From contig CATNEN010000039.1 in the NCBI GenBank assembly GCA_950097015.1, positions 11,160,001-11,224,000 on the forward strand: DNA of 64,000 bases, given 5' to 3'. Position 1 is the first letter of the stretch; the number at the start of each line of letters is the position of its first letter. The notes beneath the pieces are model-generated. The model had not been told where the DNA came from, made no database searches, and saw nothing but the letters and a program-made list of their open reading frames with translations. The stretch is from Macrostomum hystrix (taxonomy: Eukaryota > Animalia > Platyhelminthes). The position numbers and the translations under genes were made by a program. Below are positions 35,859 through 49,523 of the stretch, piece after piece.

Positions 35859-37054
35859 GAATCAGCATAATTGTATGCATGACGAGTTTAACAACGGCAC
35901 ATTTGTGACAACTTCAGCATGCATGTCGGGTCAATTCGGGACATCGAGACCGAAATACAGACAAAATTAAAATTCTTTTTTTGCTGCAAAAGCGTGTTTA
36001 AGAACAACACAAGCACATTTACTCCAGGTCTCTGAGGGCTCAATTAAACTATATATCTTACACATCGCTTCCGGTAAGTAAAGCAATGTGGATGCACTTT
36101 TTTCTATAGTTTCGCTCAAATCACTTTTAAGTTCTTCGTCACTGCATTCTTTTAAGCTGACTGTTGTTCTGTTGAAAAGTTTTATTGAAACTGACTTATG
36201 CGATCGTAATGAAATAGTTTGCCAATAAAATAGTATTTTTGTATATCGCCCTGACAGACGCTGTACCTGCTTGTACAAGTAAAACAAAAGCATCTTAATA
36301 AATGTTTTTATGTTCAATACGTTTCGTGAGTAAGCCTTTTAAAAAATATATTGGACTTATTAAACACGTTTTTAACAGTTTTTATTTTAATCCAGCATGT
36401 CATATTACAAAAACGGTTTGAACGACGAACAGCTTTTGTGACAGCCCACCACATTTTTTAAATAAAATTTTTGGCACCATGCAGACACCCCGCTGAGAAT
36501 CGTTGTATTTCTCGACGATGCCAATGCTTTGTGATTCAGAATTTTTTATCGGATATAGTGGAATTTATTGCCCGTGCTCTGAATTTTCATGGCGCGATTA
36601 TAATTGGTTGAGATACAGTAATAATTTAAATGTCGGTATCCGAAATACCCCGTAGTCTCTCTACTGATTTTGTAAGTCACTATTACGATCGTAAAAAAGA
36701 TGTTAGAACTTAAGTCCGGTTATAAAATTCTGCTGTGCATTTTGATCCAGAATTCGGATATAAACATTCTATTATTATGGAATTCGAAATTAGACTTTTT
36801 TTTGCCTTGTAATTTTCGTCTTGGCTAAATCCTATCAAATCCCAATAAACCCATTGATCAAGACTTGAGAGCAAACTGCATCATAATAAAGGCGCTATGA
36901 GAGAGTACAGTATTTAGTTTAGCAAAAAGTGTCAGAAAATTTACTTACTCCTAACAAACGCTTTTATGGGCGACAAGTTAAAGAGTTTAACCTTCATGAC
37001 GACATTTAACATGTACGGATATCCTCCCATTGCTCTAGTGCTTAAGAACTGATT

Positions 37055-38430
37055 TCAGTCGTGCTTTTTGCGCGACATCCAGCCGGAGTTTTCCCCGAGC
37101 TTGGTCTGGCAGTCAGGATTCGAGCACACGTGAACCACGCCTAGCAGCTCCGGGTAGTAGAAGGGCGCTAGGCACAGAATCGAGAAGATGCTGGGTGCGC
37201 GATTGGTATAAAGTTTGCGGCATTTTTGTAACTTTGCAAATCAAACAACACGGCCCAAGCATTATGTACCGGCCAGAACGCGGAAATTATTATAAATTAT
37301 TATTATTAATATTATAAACAATTCGATACACCAGCCCCTATAGGGTCAGATTGTGCAGCCTACAGCACAGCCGCAGCGATTTCGCGGCAAACGAATGGGT
37401 ACTGCGAACGGCTCTTCTGTCCAGGGACTGGGGGGACGCCACCTGGGGGGAAGAACCTTGTCAGTCATACGTCTCATGATCAACCACAGCATAAATAACA
37501 ATAAATATACTTTCCTTAACGGAAATTTTACATTCTTTCCTAAACGGAAAACACAGATGTATCCAGTAGAGTCGGGAATCGAACCCCCAATCTTCAAGAG
37601 GTAGTATACAGCCCCCGCGAACTAAGCGTATTACAGCTCCGAAAGTCAGTATCTCTTAACAGCAGTGTTTTGTTTAACCGAAATACACCTGAGCCAGTTG
37701 GGCCAGATGGATAGCGGCACAGCCGCAGCTATTGCACAATGCTTCCCAAGACTGAGTACCCTTCAGCTGAGCTGTTAGTCTTCTTGAATAAATTATTATT
37801 CCCTTACTACTTTCTTAAGGCAACGGCTGCATTGCGAGACGCCGTTTCATAGAAAATGAGCACTAGCGAGACTACTTCCTTGACATCGACTGCAACATTT
37901 TCTGGCCAAACCCAACTATCTAGAGACGGTTGCAAACCCTAGAGCATTTCGTCGGTCCCATGGCAACGAAAAGTGTTTCCTTCTTCCCAGTACGCCACAG
38001 GAACGAGTGGCGCAACTCCCAGCAATCTAGCTCGATGCGTTAACTTTAGGAATAAGCCGAATGAGCATCACACGGCTCACCTATAGCTCGCGTTCAGATA
38101 ATTTAGACATCCCTGAATCTATACCTCGTATTTAAAAGTGAGTCAACTGCAAAACTCTACTACGAGCACATTAAAAAGGCATCCAACTATGCTTTCTTAC
38201 CCCGAGAGGAACAAAGCCGTCGAGACAATGTAGGTCCTTGCAGTGGGCACAAAGACCACATCAGTGACCACCAGCTTCTTGCATTTGAAGCAGCGCACAG
38301 TGGCATTGCTACTGCTCCATCGCTGGTGCTTCAATAGCTTCAACAACAGCTCTTCCTCTGTGCCTTCCTCCAATGTTGACTGGCCAGTGGTTGTCGAGGA
38401 TCGCTGTCTTGGGTCGGTATTTTTACGCAT
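37055..38430 (-). CDS. LITAF-domain protein (~121 aa)
   Basis: Exons 38430-38201 and 37190-37055 join in phase 2: VRCFKCKKLVVT, a hydrophobic segment, then CLAPFY...VVHVCSNPDCQTKLG. Confidence 0.8.
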
Positions 38431-38647
38431 TTTTGTCGTTATATTATTGCATTTAGGTAGAAAAGCTTCACCTCTGCCGATATATTTATAGTTTCATCGT
38501 CTCTTAAAAAGCACAGCTATTTCCCTTGATACTATTTCAGCCATAGACAAGTAGGGTAACACGAGGCATATAAAGGTCAAAACCTTAAAACCTCATTGAT
38601 TAATCAGGAATGCAAAGCAGGTAATGAAGAGATGAAATAAGTATAAG

Positions 38648-38778
38648 TTATCACCCACTTTTTTTTATTTTGGCCGGGAACGGCTGAGGACTCGTTTATT
38701 GGCCGAGGCGAAGCCGAGGCCAAGAAACGATGTCCGAAGACGTTTTCGGCCATAGATAAGTCAAACAAGTGGTGATAA
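38648..38778. repeat. Imperfect fold-back element centred on GGCCGAGGCGAAGCCGAGGCC
   Basis: Ends TTATCACCCACTT and AAGTGGTGATAA, with nested complementary segments between them. Confidence 0.7.
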
Positions 38779-40167
38779 TGTATTTATTCCACAGTTGAAG
38801 CCAGATAATTGTCTACGGACCAGATAAATGTTTATCTGTCCCGGCCAGATTAATTTCAACGGCCAAATAAATAAATTTATCTGGTCTATGGGCCAATCCA
38901 ACTGGGGAATAAATCCTATGGGCTGATGTAGACCCATGCAATTATGTAAACGCCGTTTAATTCACATTATGTGGTTAGAATGTCCGAGGCTGCGTTTAAT
39001 GGTCTCGAGGTGAGCGTAGCTGATGTACGCAAAACGTAAAAGCCGAATTCAAAGTTCACTTCAATGTTCCATATAATGCTCCTTATTTCGAGATTATATG
39101 ATTAATATCCTAGTTTTTGTCAAATAATCTCACCAAAAATTACCATAGACAACACATTCCCGGCTAAGAATAGTACAATATTTTTAACGATTAAATAAGC
39201 AATCGTATTTTATTTAACAAAAGTTTTTTGATTTGCTAATCAGAAGGCACCATACGACTGCAACTTGCACATTGGCATATCGCTAGCCGTCGAATTGGTG
39301 CTTCGGTCCGCGCAAAAAAGGCGGCAGCAATGGACATGGACCCTAGTCAAACTCTAGTCGGCTTCTAGTTTAGGGTCTACCTGACTAGTTTATAACATAG
39401 TCAATAAACAAGTTGAGCTGCAGACACGATTTGAGTCACTTGTAGAAAAATACTTAGAGTCCAACCCTGCTCTCAATATGCAACAAACCCGGCGAGGCAC
39501 ATTCTGAGAATGAGAAGATCTAGTTGCTCATATGTAATTTGCTCTCATTTTTTCTACTAGACTTCTAGCTAAAATCCTACACCTGGTCCTGTGTTGACAG
39601 ATAACAGTATTCGCTGCTGAAACCAACAGGTAGAGCTCACACGCTCAAGGTATATTCATAGCATCTGCCTGGTTACCCTCAGCCTCTATAAGCGGTTGCA
39701 AAAAGCTCATGCCTAACAATTAAATTTAACGCTTTTTCGAATCGCTTCAATAAAAGCAATCCTTTGCTATCATATTTAAATATATATTTACGTCTAAGTA
39801 TATACAGGGCAGGCAAATCATGATTCTACAATGCAATTAACATTAAATGAAAGATTCCTTCATAACACACCGCCTCATCATCATAACTGGAAGACACGAA
39901 ACCTAATTTCATAAGCTACAGAAATACCAATCAAATAACAAGTGAAAGACCTGGTAGCTGTGCAAGAGCCGGCTATCTGCAAGTCCGCTAGTTTTCAAAG
40001 TCGGAAACAGGAGTTTTCGTAAAAATCATTAACATACTTGCCGTGTCCTCACAACACTACCTGTGTGTGTGTGGGCAACAGGATGCCTACTTGCTGAAGG
40101 ATCAGTGATACTGAATAGGAAAAGCTCCGTTCTAATCCAGAACTCGAAAGCCTTTCCGAAGGATCAG

Positions 40168-43100
40168 CTAACCCGAAGGCGCTGCAGCCTGAGCCAGCTT
40201 GGCCCTGTCCTCGGCCGCCTGTAGCCTGTCGAGTTCTTCGGCCAGCTCTGGACTGAGCCTGGGCCGCAGGGCCGCTCTGGTCTCAGCCGACCAGGTGGAT
40301 GCCGACTGCCGAAACTGGCGCAGCCGACGGTCGCGCATGCTGCGCGCGTGGGACGGCGATACGGGGCGAGCGCCGCGGAAGCCGCCGCCAGTCTGCGCCA
40401 GATAGTCCGGGTCGATGTCCGACCCTGATGAAGCATCGCCAGATGATGAAGGAGACCGCTGCGGTTTCTGCTGACCAGAGCGCTGCTTTAAGGGATAAAT
40501 GAGAGAAAAACCTTGAAAAAAACTGGCGTGATTACTTACTACAGATACAGAATACAGCGATGTTGGCATTGGGGAAAAATGAATAGTGAAGTAATGCGGA
40601 ATTGTCAACAGACTAGAAAAACGAAGTCCATCAAAACGCACAGGGAGAACTTTGAGTCAGAGTTCCGAAGGCACTGCTCAGCCAAGCTCAGCAACTTACT
40701 TCTATTACACGTTTAAGAAAGATTTCTCCCGAGAAAAGTACCTAACAATAATCACTAACCCAGAACAAAGGCGCACAATGTCCCGATTTCGTCTAGGAAA
40801 CCACAAACTGGCCTGTGAGACATTGCGCACTGTAAGACCGAAAATCGCCTATGAAAACAGAACATGTCCAAAATGTAGAGTCGAGGTAGAGAACGAAACT
40901 CATATTCTGTTTAGATACGATTGGTCTGTTTATCTTCCAATCATAAATAAATTTATTGAGAAGGTGGCAGGCACTGTTCGAAATTTCGAAGAAGCCTAAC
41001 AGCTGATGACAAAATTTTGTATTTAATGACACAGGAAAGCACATAATTCTTTCGGTCAGTTTTAATTTTCTCTTTAAATTTCTTTTTTTGTTTTTATGCC
41101 TTTGTTTATTAAAAAAAATGTTTTTTTTTCAAATATTTAATTCACCTAAAATTAATCTTATGCATGCTACCGTTTTCCTATCGCCTTCTTTTTTTTAAAA
41201 TCGAATTGTTTAGCCTCAAACATCAAATAAACAAAAAAATTAACACCCAATCGGCGTGCGCACCTCAATAATAATAATAATAATAATAATAATATGATAA
41301 TAATACAGAAGCACTGAAGAATTTTTGCAGTAGAAGAAGCATTTTAGCATAGTAAAGAAGCGTTCGATTCACTTAACATTAGAACTACTGAATTGGGGAC
41401 TCAAATGGTTGACGATTTTTACCCGAAAGGCTTTACGTACTTCATACACCCCTATATGATAATAAGCACTGCCCCTCAGTGCGGCCTTGCCAGGTTTTTA
41501 CACTTCACTAGCACAAGTCACCCGAATGTGCCTTGATCATTTCCGACTTCGGTGGTCACAAAGTGTTTTAGAATAACCGAAACTCTCACCTGAATTTGCG
41601 ACCCCGTACGCTCTGCCCGCTGGGCCAATAGCCTGTCTCGTTTTAGGGCCGAAATTTCCGATCGTTTAGTAGCATCATCCGGCTGCTGCTGCTGCTGCAG
41701 TAGAATCGACATAGCTAGCTGATAGTCAGACTCGTCACGGCGCAACTGGCTAGACTGGATAATGGACATGACAAACAGGCGTACCCCGACACCGACTATG
41801 ATAACTACGACTAGGGCTATCACGACCGACACCTGAGGGTGGGTGCGAGGAAAGGATTTACTGTGAGATCGCGAAACTGGGGATCTGGACGTATTTGAGA
41901 TCCCAAAACTAGGGATCTGTGAGTTGTTGATATCCCAAAACTGGGGATCTGGAAGTAGTTGAGATACACAAACCAAGGTCCAGGGTCCGCAAACAAACCT
42001 TGAATTTTCTCAGGTTGACATCCCAATCAGAGTCCACATCGTAGTGCTGCCGCTGGCGCTGGTGCGAGGAGGCAGCCCGGTACATCCACTCCATCTCGTG
42101 CCGCATTCGCTGATCAAACTCTGTGGGCCCGGCGCTGCGTCGACCATCGCCAGGCGACGAATAGGCCGCGGAGGAAGCGGAGGCGGCGGCGGAGGAGGCA
42201 GCAGATCGCCACAGCCGCTCGGAGTCGTACAGCCGACGCCGATCTGAACGGCCCAGTGTCTCGTAAGCGGCATTAATCTCAGCGAACTTTTCAGCGCTAC
42301 TCTGGGCTGTCCGGGCGTCCGGGTGGTACTAAAAACAGTGGCTGCGTTTAGCTGGGCATGCTAATGAAAGCTAGGTGGGTGTTCCCAAGATGGGCCACTC
42401 GCGACCACTGGCGTGGCCATAGACTCTATGCTTTTGCCAAAAAATGTGACATTTGTCTGAGTTCAGTAGGCACAAAACATTTTGTCGGAATAAACTACGC
42501 AGCGCTAATGTTGGCCTCCCCTGTCTTGGAGCAGAAGTAATTCAGATTGTCGTTACTCGGATGACATCGTGTGAGCAATAAAACCTAACAGTGCAGTTGC
42601 ATGCGCAAGCCATTCTTCTCCAGCGTGAAGACATGCACGCACACAGCAGCTGCGAGGTCGCGTTCCCTCCCACTCACTAACCTGGGCTTTGGCCATAGAG
42701 TGGTCCATCTGGGAATCTTTGATCTATGGCAAATTTGATTTGGTAAACTTAGCAACACTCGACATGGACTATGAGAAAGTCAGGGTCGATTAATGACTTA
42801 CACCTTTTTGCACTCAAATTCGTCATTTCTGCAATCAAGTTCAACAAAACTGCATTCAAATTCGGACAACCTCTATGGCTATACTTTTGAACTGCAAGCC
42901 AATTCGGCAAACCGCATTCAAGTTCGGCAAACTGCGTTAAAATTTGGCAAGTAAAGTAAACTCGGCACCAGCTCAACCAGATACAAAAATATCTATGGCA
43001 CAAGCCCATCATACTGATCCAACTGCATTCAAATTCGGCAAACTGCAAGCAAATTCGGCAGCAGAAGTATGAGAGAAGGAATGAGAGCATGATCTCCGGC

Positions 43101-43761
43101 TGGAAGGCGGCAATCAAGCAGAAGTATGCCATTCATCCTCATCGGCTGCACTGGATAAGAATTTAATGGTGTAATGGTCATAACGGTGTTATCAGCGAAT
43201 CGGCGCAGCTTGTCAAACCTAAATTGCACGAGAGTTCTTCTGGCGCGGGCCTCTGCGGTCGGGTTGATGAAACTATCCGCATTGGCAGCGATCTTCTGCT
43301 TGATTGCCGCCTTCCAGCCAGAGATCGCGCTCTCATTCCTTCTCTCATACTTCTGCTGCCGAATTTGCTTGCAGTTTTGTTGAACTTGATTCCAGAAATG
43401 ACGAATTTGAGTGCCAAAATGTGTAGCTAGCAAGTGCCTAGATAATCCCAGAGAATAGAACTGAACAACACAGAAGATCTGACAAGGCGTCAACATAACA
43501 CCCTCTTACCAGTTTAGATAATTTAATGTAGGCCTCCTTGATCTCAGCCTGGGTGGCAGTGGGACTGATGCCCAGACGGTCATAGAGATTAGCTGAACTC
43601 AGGCACCTTAAATAGTGGCAAACAGTTTTTTGGTTCATATACCTAGCACATACTCTGCTATTTTCTTAGACTGTACTAGAAAATAAGGCTCAGAGAAGAA
43701 AGTTATACCTTCTACAAATAATGTACACAAAATGCTGTCTCCATATGATGTTCATAATCAT
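40168..43761 (-). CDS. DnaJ (class C) J-domain protein with a TM segment, DNAJC4/DNAJC30-like, probably mitochondrial (~346 aa)
   Basis: Exons 43761-43709, 43606-43510, 42328-41999, 41832-41590 and 40485-40168 join in frame. J-domain NLYDRLGI...EIKEAYIKLSKL-YHPD...FAEINAAYETLG...RRLYD and TM VSVVIALVVVIIVGVGV. The first and last exons are less certain. Confidence 0.8.
40513..41050 (+). mobile_element. Decayed LINE (L2/CR1-group) 3' fragment in a DnaJ intron
   Basis: EKYL...RRTMSRFRLGNHKLACET...RTCPKC..VENETHILF is typical of an ORF2 C-terminus. Confidence 0.75.
42801..43423. mobile_element. MITE/fold-back element with long inverted repeats and TA flanks
   Basis: Termini CAC.TTTT.GCACTCAAATTCGTC are inverted copies. 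An internal ~84-bp inverted pair lies at 43041-43124 and 43293-43378. Confidence 0.8.
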
Positions 43762-45191
43762 TCCATGCAACTCTGAAAAATGAAATGATCATTCAATGAG
43801 TTTTGCTTAAAATCATTAATACAAATATCTAAATTCATAGAAAATGAAATAACCATTTGATCTTTTTTTGTTAGTATAGATATAGGATAGCAATTAGCAA
43901 AAGAAAATCAGAAAAAAAACAAATTGGTTTTTATCTAAATGGCAAATAAATTAAAGTGCTTTCCTAGTGACAGTTTGATTTCACTTTTGCTTTGGAAAGT
44001 GGGGTATCCTGACCTATCAAGCAATCAATAATGTTTTAGTCACATTATAAATTCAGGCATTGATAATTGCAGTTTGCTAATCTGTTCTTGCAGTTATCTT
44101 ACTTGGCTCGTATCCCAATGGCCTTGCTAGGTTTCTAATAGAAAATACTCATTGTCATTGTTTTTATTTACAAAATAAATATTTGGTTTTCTGACATGCT
44201 TAAAAGAACATTGTCTATATGCACAAAGTATTTTTTCCAAATTAACCATATAAATAAAAAAACACTTAAAAATGTTTTTTAATGGTAAATTTTATTCTGT
44301 AGCCTACACTTATATGTTCTTTTAAACTAAACGGTTCTCTCATTCCTAGTCTTTTTATGTAATATATATTTTTATATATTGTCTATTAACTAAGTGGACA
44401 CTATGGGTTGACTACATTTTACAATATAACAAGTATTAAGAAAATAATTTATTTGACAATATATTTAAATGTTTTACAGACAAATGCTTAGATGCATTTT
44501 TGTGTCACAACTAGTTACTTGACTGCTTATGTTATATGCAGTATAATGATAGATTTACATTGTAAGTACAAAACCTGCTGGAATAAGTTTTAGCTTACCG
44601 TGGACAGTGCACCATGGCAATTTTAAGGTAGCATGGATAATGTATCATGTAAAGTTTTAAATCATGACATAAAGTGGCAGGGACCCTACCATAAAATCTT
44701 TAAACCCTAAGGTGACAGTACACTAGATCTAGTTTTGCTTACAGTTTCATGAATTTCCATTTTGCAGTTGACTTCCTCCAGTTTCATGCTTTGTATCTAT
44801 CCTTGTTTCAGATCACACTGGCCACTGTATATGTAAGCCTAACTTAGGTGTAGTGAGGGTGCTGGTCATTTCGTCAACTGCCAGTTCGTCAACTTGGTTG
44901 ACAAATTGACCAACATTTTAAGGTGGTCTCACTTGCAGTTGACGAAATGACCTGAGCTTGTTAGTTACTTCGTCAACTGGCTAGCTATAGTTTGCAAATG
45001 TCAAAACATGTACATAACATTACCTTTGTTATCATTATTTATTATCCGGAACATTCTCAATCCATCTTCGCCACCCCCCATAAACTGACAATGTGCCCTG
45101 TCTCTTTTACTTAAACCAGCGCCCCTCGCGTTGACACATGTTCTCTCAATCTATCTTTGCACCCACCCCCAAACTGACAACGTGCCCTGTC

Positions 45192-48100
45192 CAGGGTTTT
45201 TTTTAACCCCAATTAGTACCCCATGGGGTATTAGTCAACTGATTTGGGGTACTATTTTGCCCTTTGATACCCCAAAAAGGGGTACTACCTTTTTGACATT
45301 AAAAAAATAAGGCTTTGCTTTTCTGGATCTGGACCTGGGGGACATTTCTTAGACTTAAAGGCTGGAGCCAGACATACAGAGGGAGCCGGTAATGCGAACT
45401 AAGTCTAAGTCTTGGAGGCTTAGACTCCTATGACCATGACTAAGTTCGGATGGGATGGGAAGGAAGGGAGGGAATCGGTATAATAAGCTGGGGCCTGGGC
45501 TGGGCCAACATAGGTCTTTGTAAGTTTGTACATCGACTGGAGTGGCTGGCTGCTAGGCTAGCCCAGAAAAAGTGGAGAGGGGTGGTGTCGGGGAGTGGAG
45601 TGGGGACGGAAGCGGGGACGGAGGAGTCTGAGACTGAGACTGAGAGTCGGATGCGAAAAGGGGGCAGGGAAGAGGGAACCGATCATGGCATTGGGAGAGA
45701 TGGGGGAAGTGGGGTTGTTGTTAAAGCTTGAAATAAATGTACTTTGGAGACAGACCCGTTACAAAGTAGTGGGGTCAGTCAGCAGGGGAAAGAGAAAAAA
45801 GAATGTACATGAACAGATGACAGTTTTTCTTTGATACTATGAATCGGAGTACAAGGAAATAATCATAGGAAAGAAAACTTATCCCAATCACAGACTGCTA
45901 CACGCTGCGCACTGAACAGCTATTTTATCCAAAAGCACTGCAATATTTCGACAACTAAAGTATTTATTATGGACAAGTGGCTAATAAGGCCAAAGAAGCG
46001 CATACGCGAAGATGAGTCAGATGCAAGAGAAATCCCGATCGCTGTAGCCAGAGAACAACAGCAAGTTGTGCAGCCGGCAGTAGAGCAGCAGAATGCACAA
46101 TCGGCTGGAGATCAGCAAGCTCAGCAGCAGACTTGACGAAAATTCTTAACGAAGTGGCTGACAGACTTCAAATGGGCAAAATTTGACGCAGCTAGTAACA
46201 CTGTTACCTGCAACTTTTGTGTCGAGCATGGATGTGGCCACTGGAAATCAACCAAGAATGTGCTAACAGCTTGGAAAGAAGGATGGACAAGAAAGCAGCT
46301 GCAACAACACGAAGAAAGCGACACACATGTAAGAGCTAAAGAGGCGCAGTATCAGCGACCAAAGGAAGTGCTGCCCAAGAAGATTGTGCAAATGACGGAC
46401 CAGCAAAGCACTGCGCTATTGTCGAAATTGCACACTGTACACTTTACAACAAAGAACCTTGTCTCTCAGCACAGAACTACACAGATGCACCAACACGTTT
46501 CAAATGAAGTAAAATTTATTTGTGCCCGTGCTGGCGTCGATGTCGCATTGCCATTGCCAACAGCTGATCACACTTCGAATTGGTCGACCCGACAGTTTGT
46601 CTTCGCACTTGCAAGGACTGTGCTTCTCAGGGATCTTGAGCAGCTGCGCAGTGCAGCTTGTTTCACCATCCATATTGATGAAAGTACAGATATTACATCC
46701 ACCAAGAAGTTGCTCATCTATGTGCAATACCCAGATACTGAGCAGCGCAAGCTTTTTCACAAGTTTTTTAAGCTGGTCAAGCTCGAGGCGACAGATGCTG
46801 ACTCTATAACAAGAGCTGTGGTAAGCACCTTTCAGCATGAAAACATCGACATCGAAAAATGTGTCATGTGCGTATCCGATGGTGCCAGCGTCATGCTGGG
46901 TGCCCGTAATGGTGTCGTAGCTCGGCTGAAGCGAATTGTTCCTCACATAGTCGAATTCCACTGTCTCGCTCACTGCCAGGCACTGTCAATCGGCGATGCG
47001 TTCGACAGCGTTGCTAAGTTTGTCAAGTTTGAAAGCCGCATTCGAGACCTCGTCCGCTATCTCCATACAACAAAGCACAGGACACAGCTGAAGAAGGTTG
47101 GAGAAGTCATCGGTGAGACTGTCACAAGTATTGCTACGATTTTCGAGATCCGTTGGCTATCACGAGTAAGTGTAATTCACTCACTGGTTCGAAATCTAAA
47201 AGCAATTCAGTCGCTCCTCAACGATGCCGCAACCCGTGAAGATTCAGCTGTTGGCCTTTTCAAGCGAGTGACATCCATTGAGTTTTTACTCATGCTACAT
47301 CATCTGCTGGATGTACTCGTGCCTCTTGAGGTTCTTTGCAAGCAGTTGCAGGTACGGAATGTTCATCCACTGGATGCATTCTCGTGGATTAAGAGCTGCA
47401 TAGCCATGCTTACTGAGATGTATCTGTGCGATGACGTCGTCGGCAGAAAAAACTACCAACAAATCGTTGCGGAATTTGCGAAAAGCGACAAGGAGGAACG
47501 GAAAATTCTCATTCGTGACGACAATGAGCCAAATGCTTTTGGTACAGTCAGCGCTGCTGTGCAGGAAGACGTTGTTCAGCTTGTATCAAAGATCTGTCAG
47601 AGTCTCCGTGACAGAGCTGATGCTAATAATGCTGTAATTCGTGCTACTGAAATTTTCAAGCCAGAGATCTACCGCGACATGCTGCCAAAGGATCTGCCTG
47701 CATATGGTGATGAGCAGCTGCGGCTACTGCTTAGTCATTTTAGCAGCTTGCTGAATATTAATGAGAATGAGGCGGTCAATGAGTTCTTGACAGCAAAGAG
47801 GCAGATGAGAATGAAGAGAAGCTGGTTGGACACTCTGTATGACATCGCCACAGATCGAGAGTTGTTTCCCAACTTGCGTAAGCTCACAGAAGTCCTGCTC
47901 TCTTTCAACTCTTCAAATGGCGAAGTTGAGCGCGGTTTTAGTACGCACAACAACATTAAAACAAAGCTGCGTAATCGTTGGTCGACCTACAAGCTGGATG
48001 AGCAGATGCGCATTGTGCTCGATGATGCGCCACTTGAAGATTTTGATTATGAGAAGGCTCTCATGATCTGGTCGATGTACAAGGCACCCGAGACCCGCCG

Positions 48101-48979
48101 CCAGCACAATGTCGAGAATTCACCACTGCTTAAGCGAGGCCGCTACGCCAAGTTCGCAGCCGCAGGACAGAAGAAGACACCTGGCCATTCTTCTACAGTC
48201 GATGCTGCAGAAGCCACCCTTTTAACAGCAGCTGTGGATGAACAAACCTCGGGCGCCATGGATAATGAGCAGCAAGGTGACGAAGACGACGAGGAATTGG
48301 GCAGCTCTGATGACGACCGATGTGGTTGGTGGATTGGCGATGAGTGATTATGCAGCGCTCGACGATGATTGGTTATAACAATGTTGCAAAGCTAATGTGC
48401 TACTTTATTTATTTATTTTCTCAATCATGTGTCAATGAAAATGCTAATGCATTCTTTTTGTTCATTCTTTTTAATCATATATCAAACACCAATACCCATG
48501 TCAATGCGCTCTTAAATGTGTTTATTTCTCGATTGTTTGACATTTATACTACGTATTTATACTCGTAATTGCCAACGCACATGTACCGCAGCCTGACTTC
48601 CCACAATAAAAAAATCTATGAGTACCATGTTTAGCAAAGTCCTGCAATTACAAAGATTACATAGCATACATTGCAAACCACAAGGTGAAGCAGCTGAACT
48701 CGAATTTTAAGGATAATATTTTTGTATTATACATTTCTTTTTATACTCACTGTCTAAATGCTCTAAAGTCTACTCGCAGAATAAACGATTAACTTAGGTC
48801 AACTAAAAATGCACATGTTTATGATGGGGTTAATTTTTCCGACATTGGCCATAATTGCATTTTTATGAAACTTGAAGAATTAGGAATGCCATGGGGTATT
48901 GCTCCACCAAAATGGGGTACTACTCGGAAGCTTGATACCCCAATTTGGGTACTACTCAACCCCGAAAAAAATAACACTG
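45192..48979 (+). mobile_element. hAT-superfamily DNA transposon (3.8 kb)
   Basis: Termini CAGGGTTTTTTT and AAAAATAACACTG. Exact 8-bp TSD GCCCTGTC at 45184-45191 and 48980-48987. GGGGTA subterminal motifs at both ends. Confidence 0.93.
45969..48347 (+). CDS. hAT transposase (ZNF862-like) with one in-frame TGA at 46134-46136
   Basis: ATG at 45969 (MDKWLIRPKKR) is in frame with the 695-aa ORF. TTF-like zinc finger (W...CNFC...H...H) and motifs DESTD, SDGASVM, HCLAH, RWLS and VERGFS are present. Confidence 0.9.
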
Positions 48980-49523
48980 GCCCTGTCTCTGTAACTTGAA
49001 CCAGAGCCCTCACACTGACACCTGTTCTCTTAAGCTGACAACATGCACCCTGTCTCTTTTACTTAAACCAGCGCCCCTTGCGTTGACACATGTTCTCTTA
49101 ATCTCTCAATGCGAATTAGCACCTTGTCTTAATCCTCAACTATCATGTCTCAACAACCCCACCAGCCAAACCAATCTGAAATACTTTAAACGTGACACTG
49201 CAACCTCCTCAAACACTATATAATGGAGTAGGGTTTCAGGAGGGCCACTCAAATTTTTACGTCTTGGTAATGGACACTTGGTAATGGACCGTGTTTCTGG
49301 CTGCAAGGTTCCAGGGGTGTGTATTATTGGCAGTTGACGAAGTGACCAAAAGTTGACATCGTCCCATTGAACAGTTTGACAAAATAACCAAGCTTTGAAA
49401 GTATCCTATTGGTTGGTTGACAAAAGGACCAATACAGGGAACGGGTTGACGATGTGTCCAGTTGACAAAATGGCAGTTGACGAAATGACTAAGATCCTGT
49501 AGTGATAGGGCCTAAGACAAGTT

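Larger units (their letters stand above)
44857..49497. mobile_element. Non-autonomous TIR element (GG...CC ends, 8-bp TSD; Merlin- or MULE-like) hosting the hAT insertion
   Basis: Imperfect TIRs containing GTCATTTCGTCAACTGCC. TSD TGTAGTGA at 44849-44856 and 49498-49505. Confidence 0.75.
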
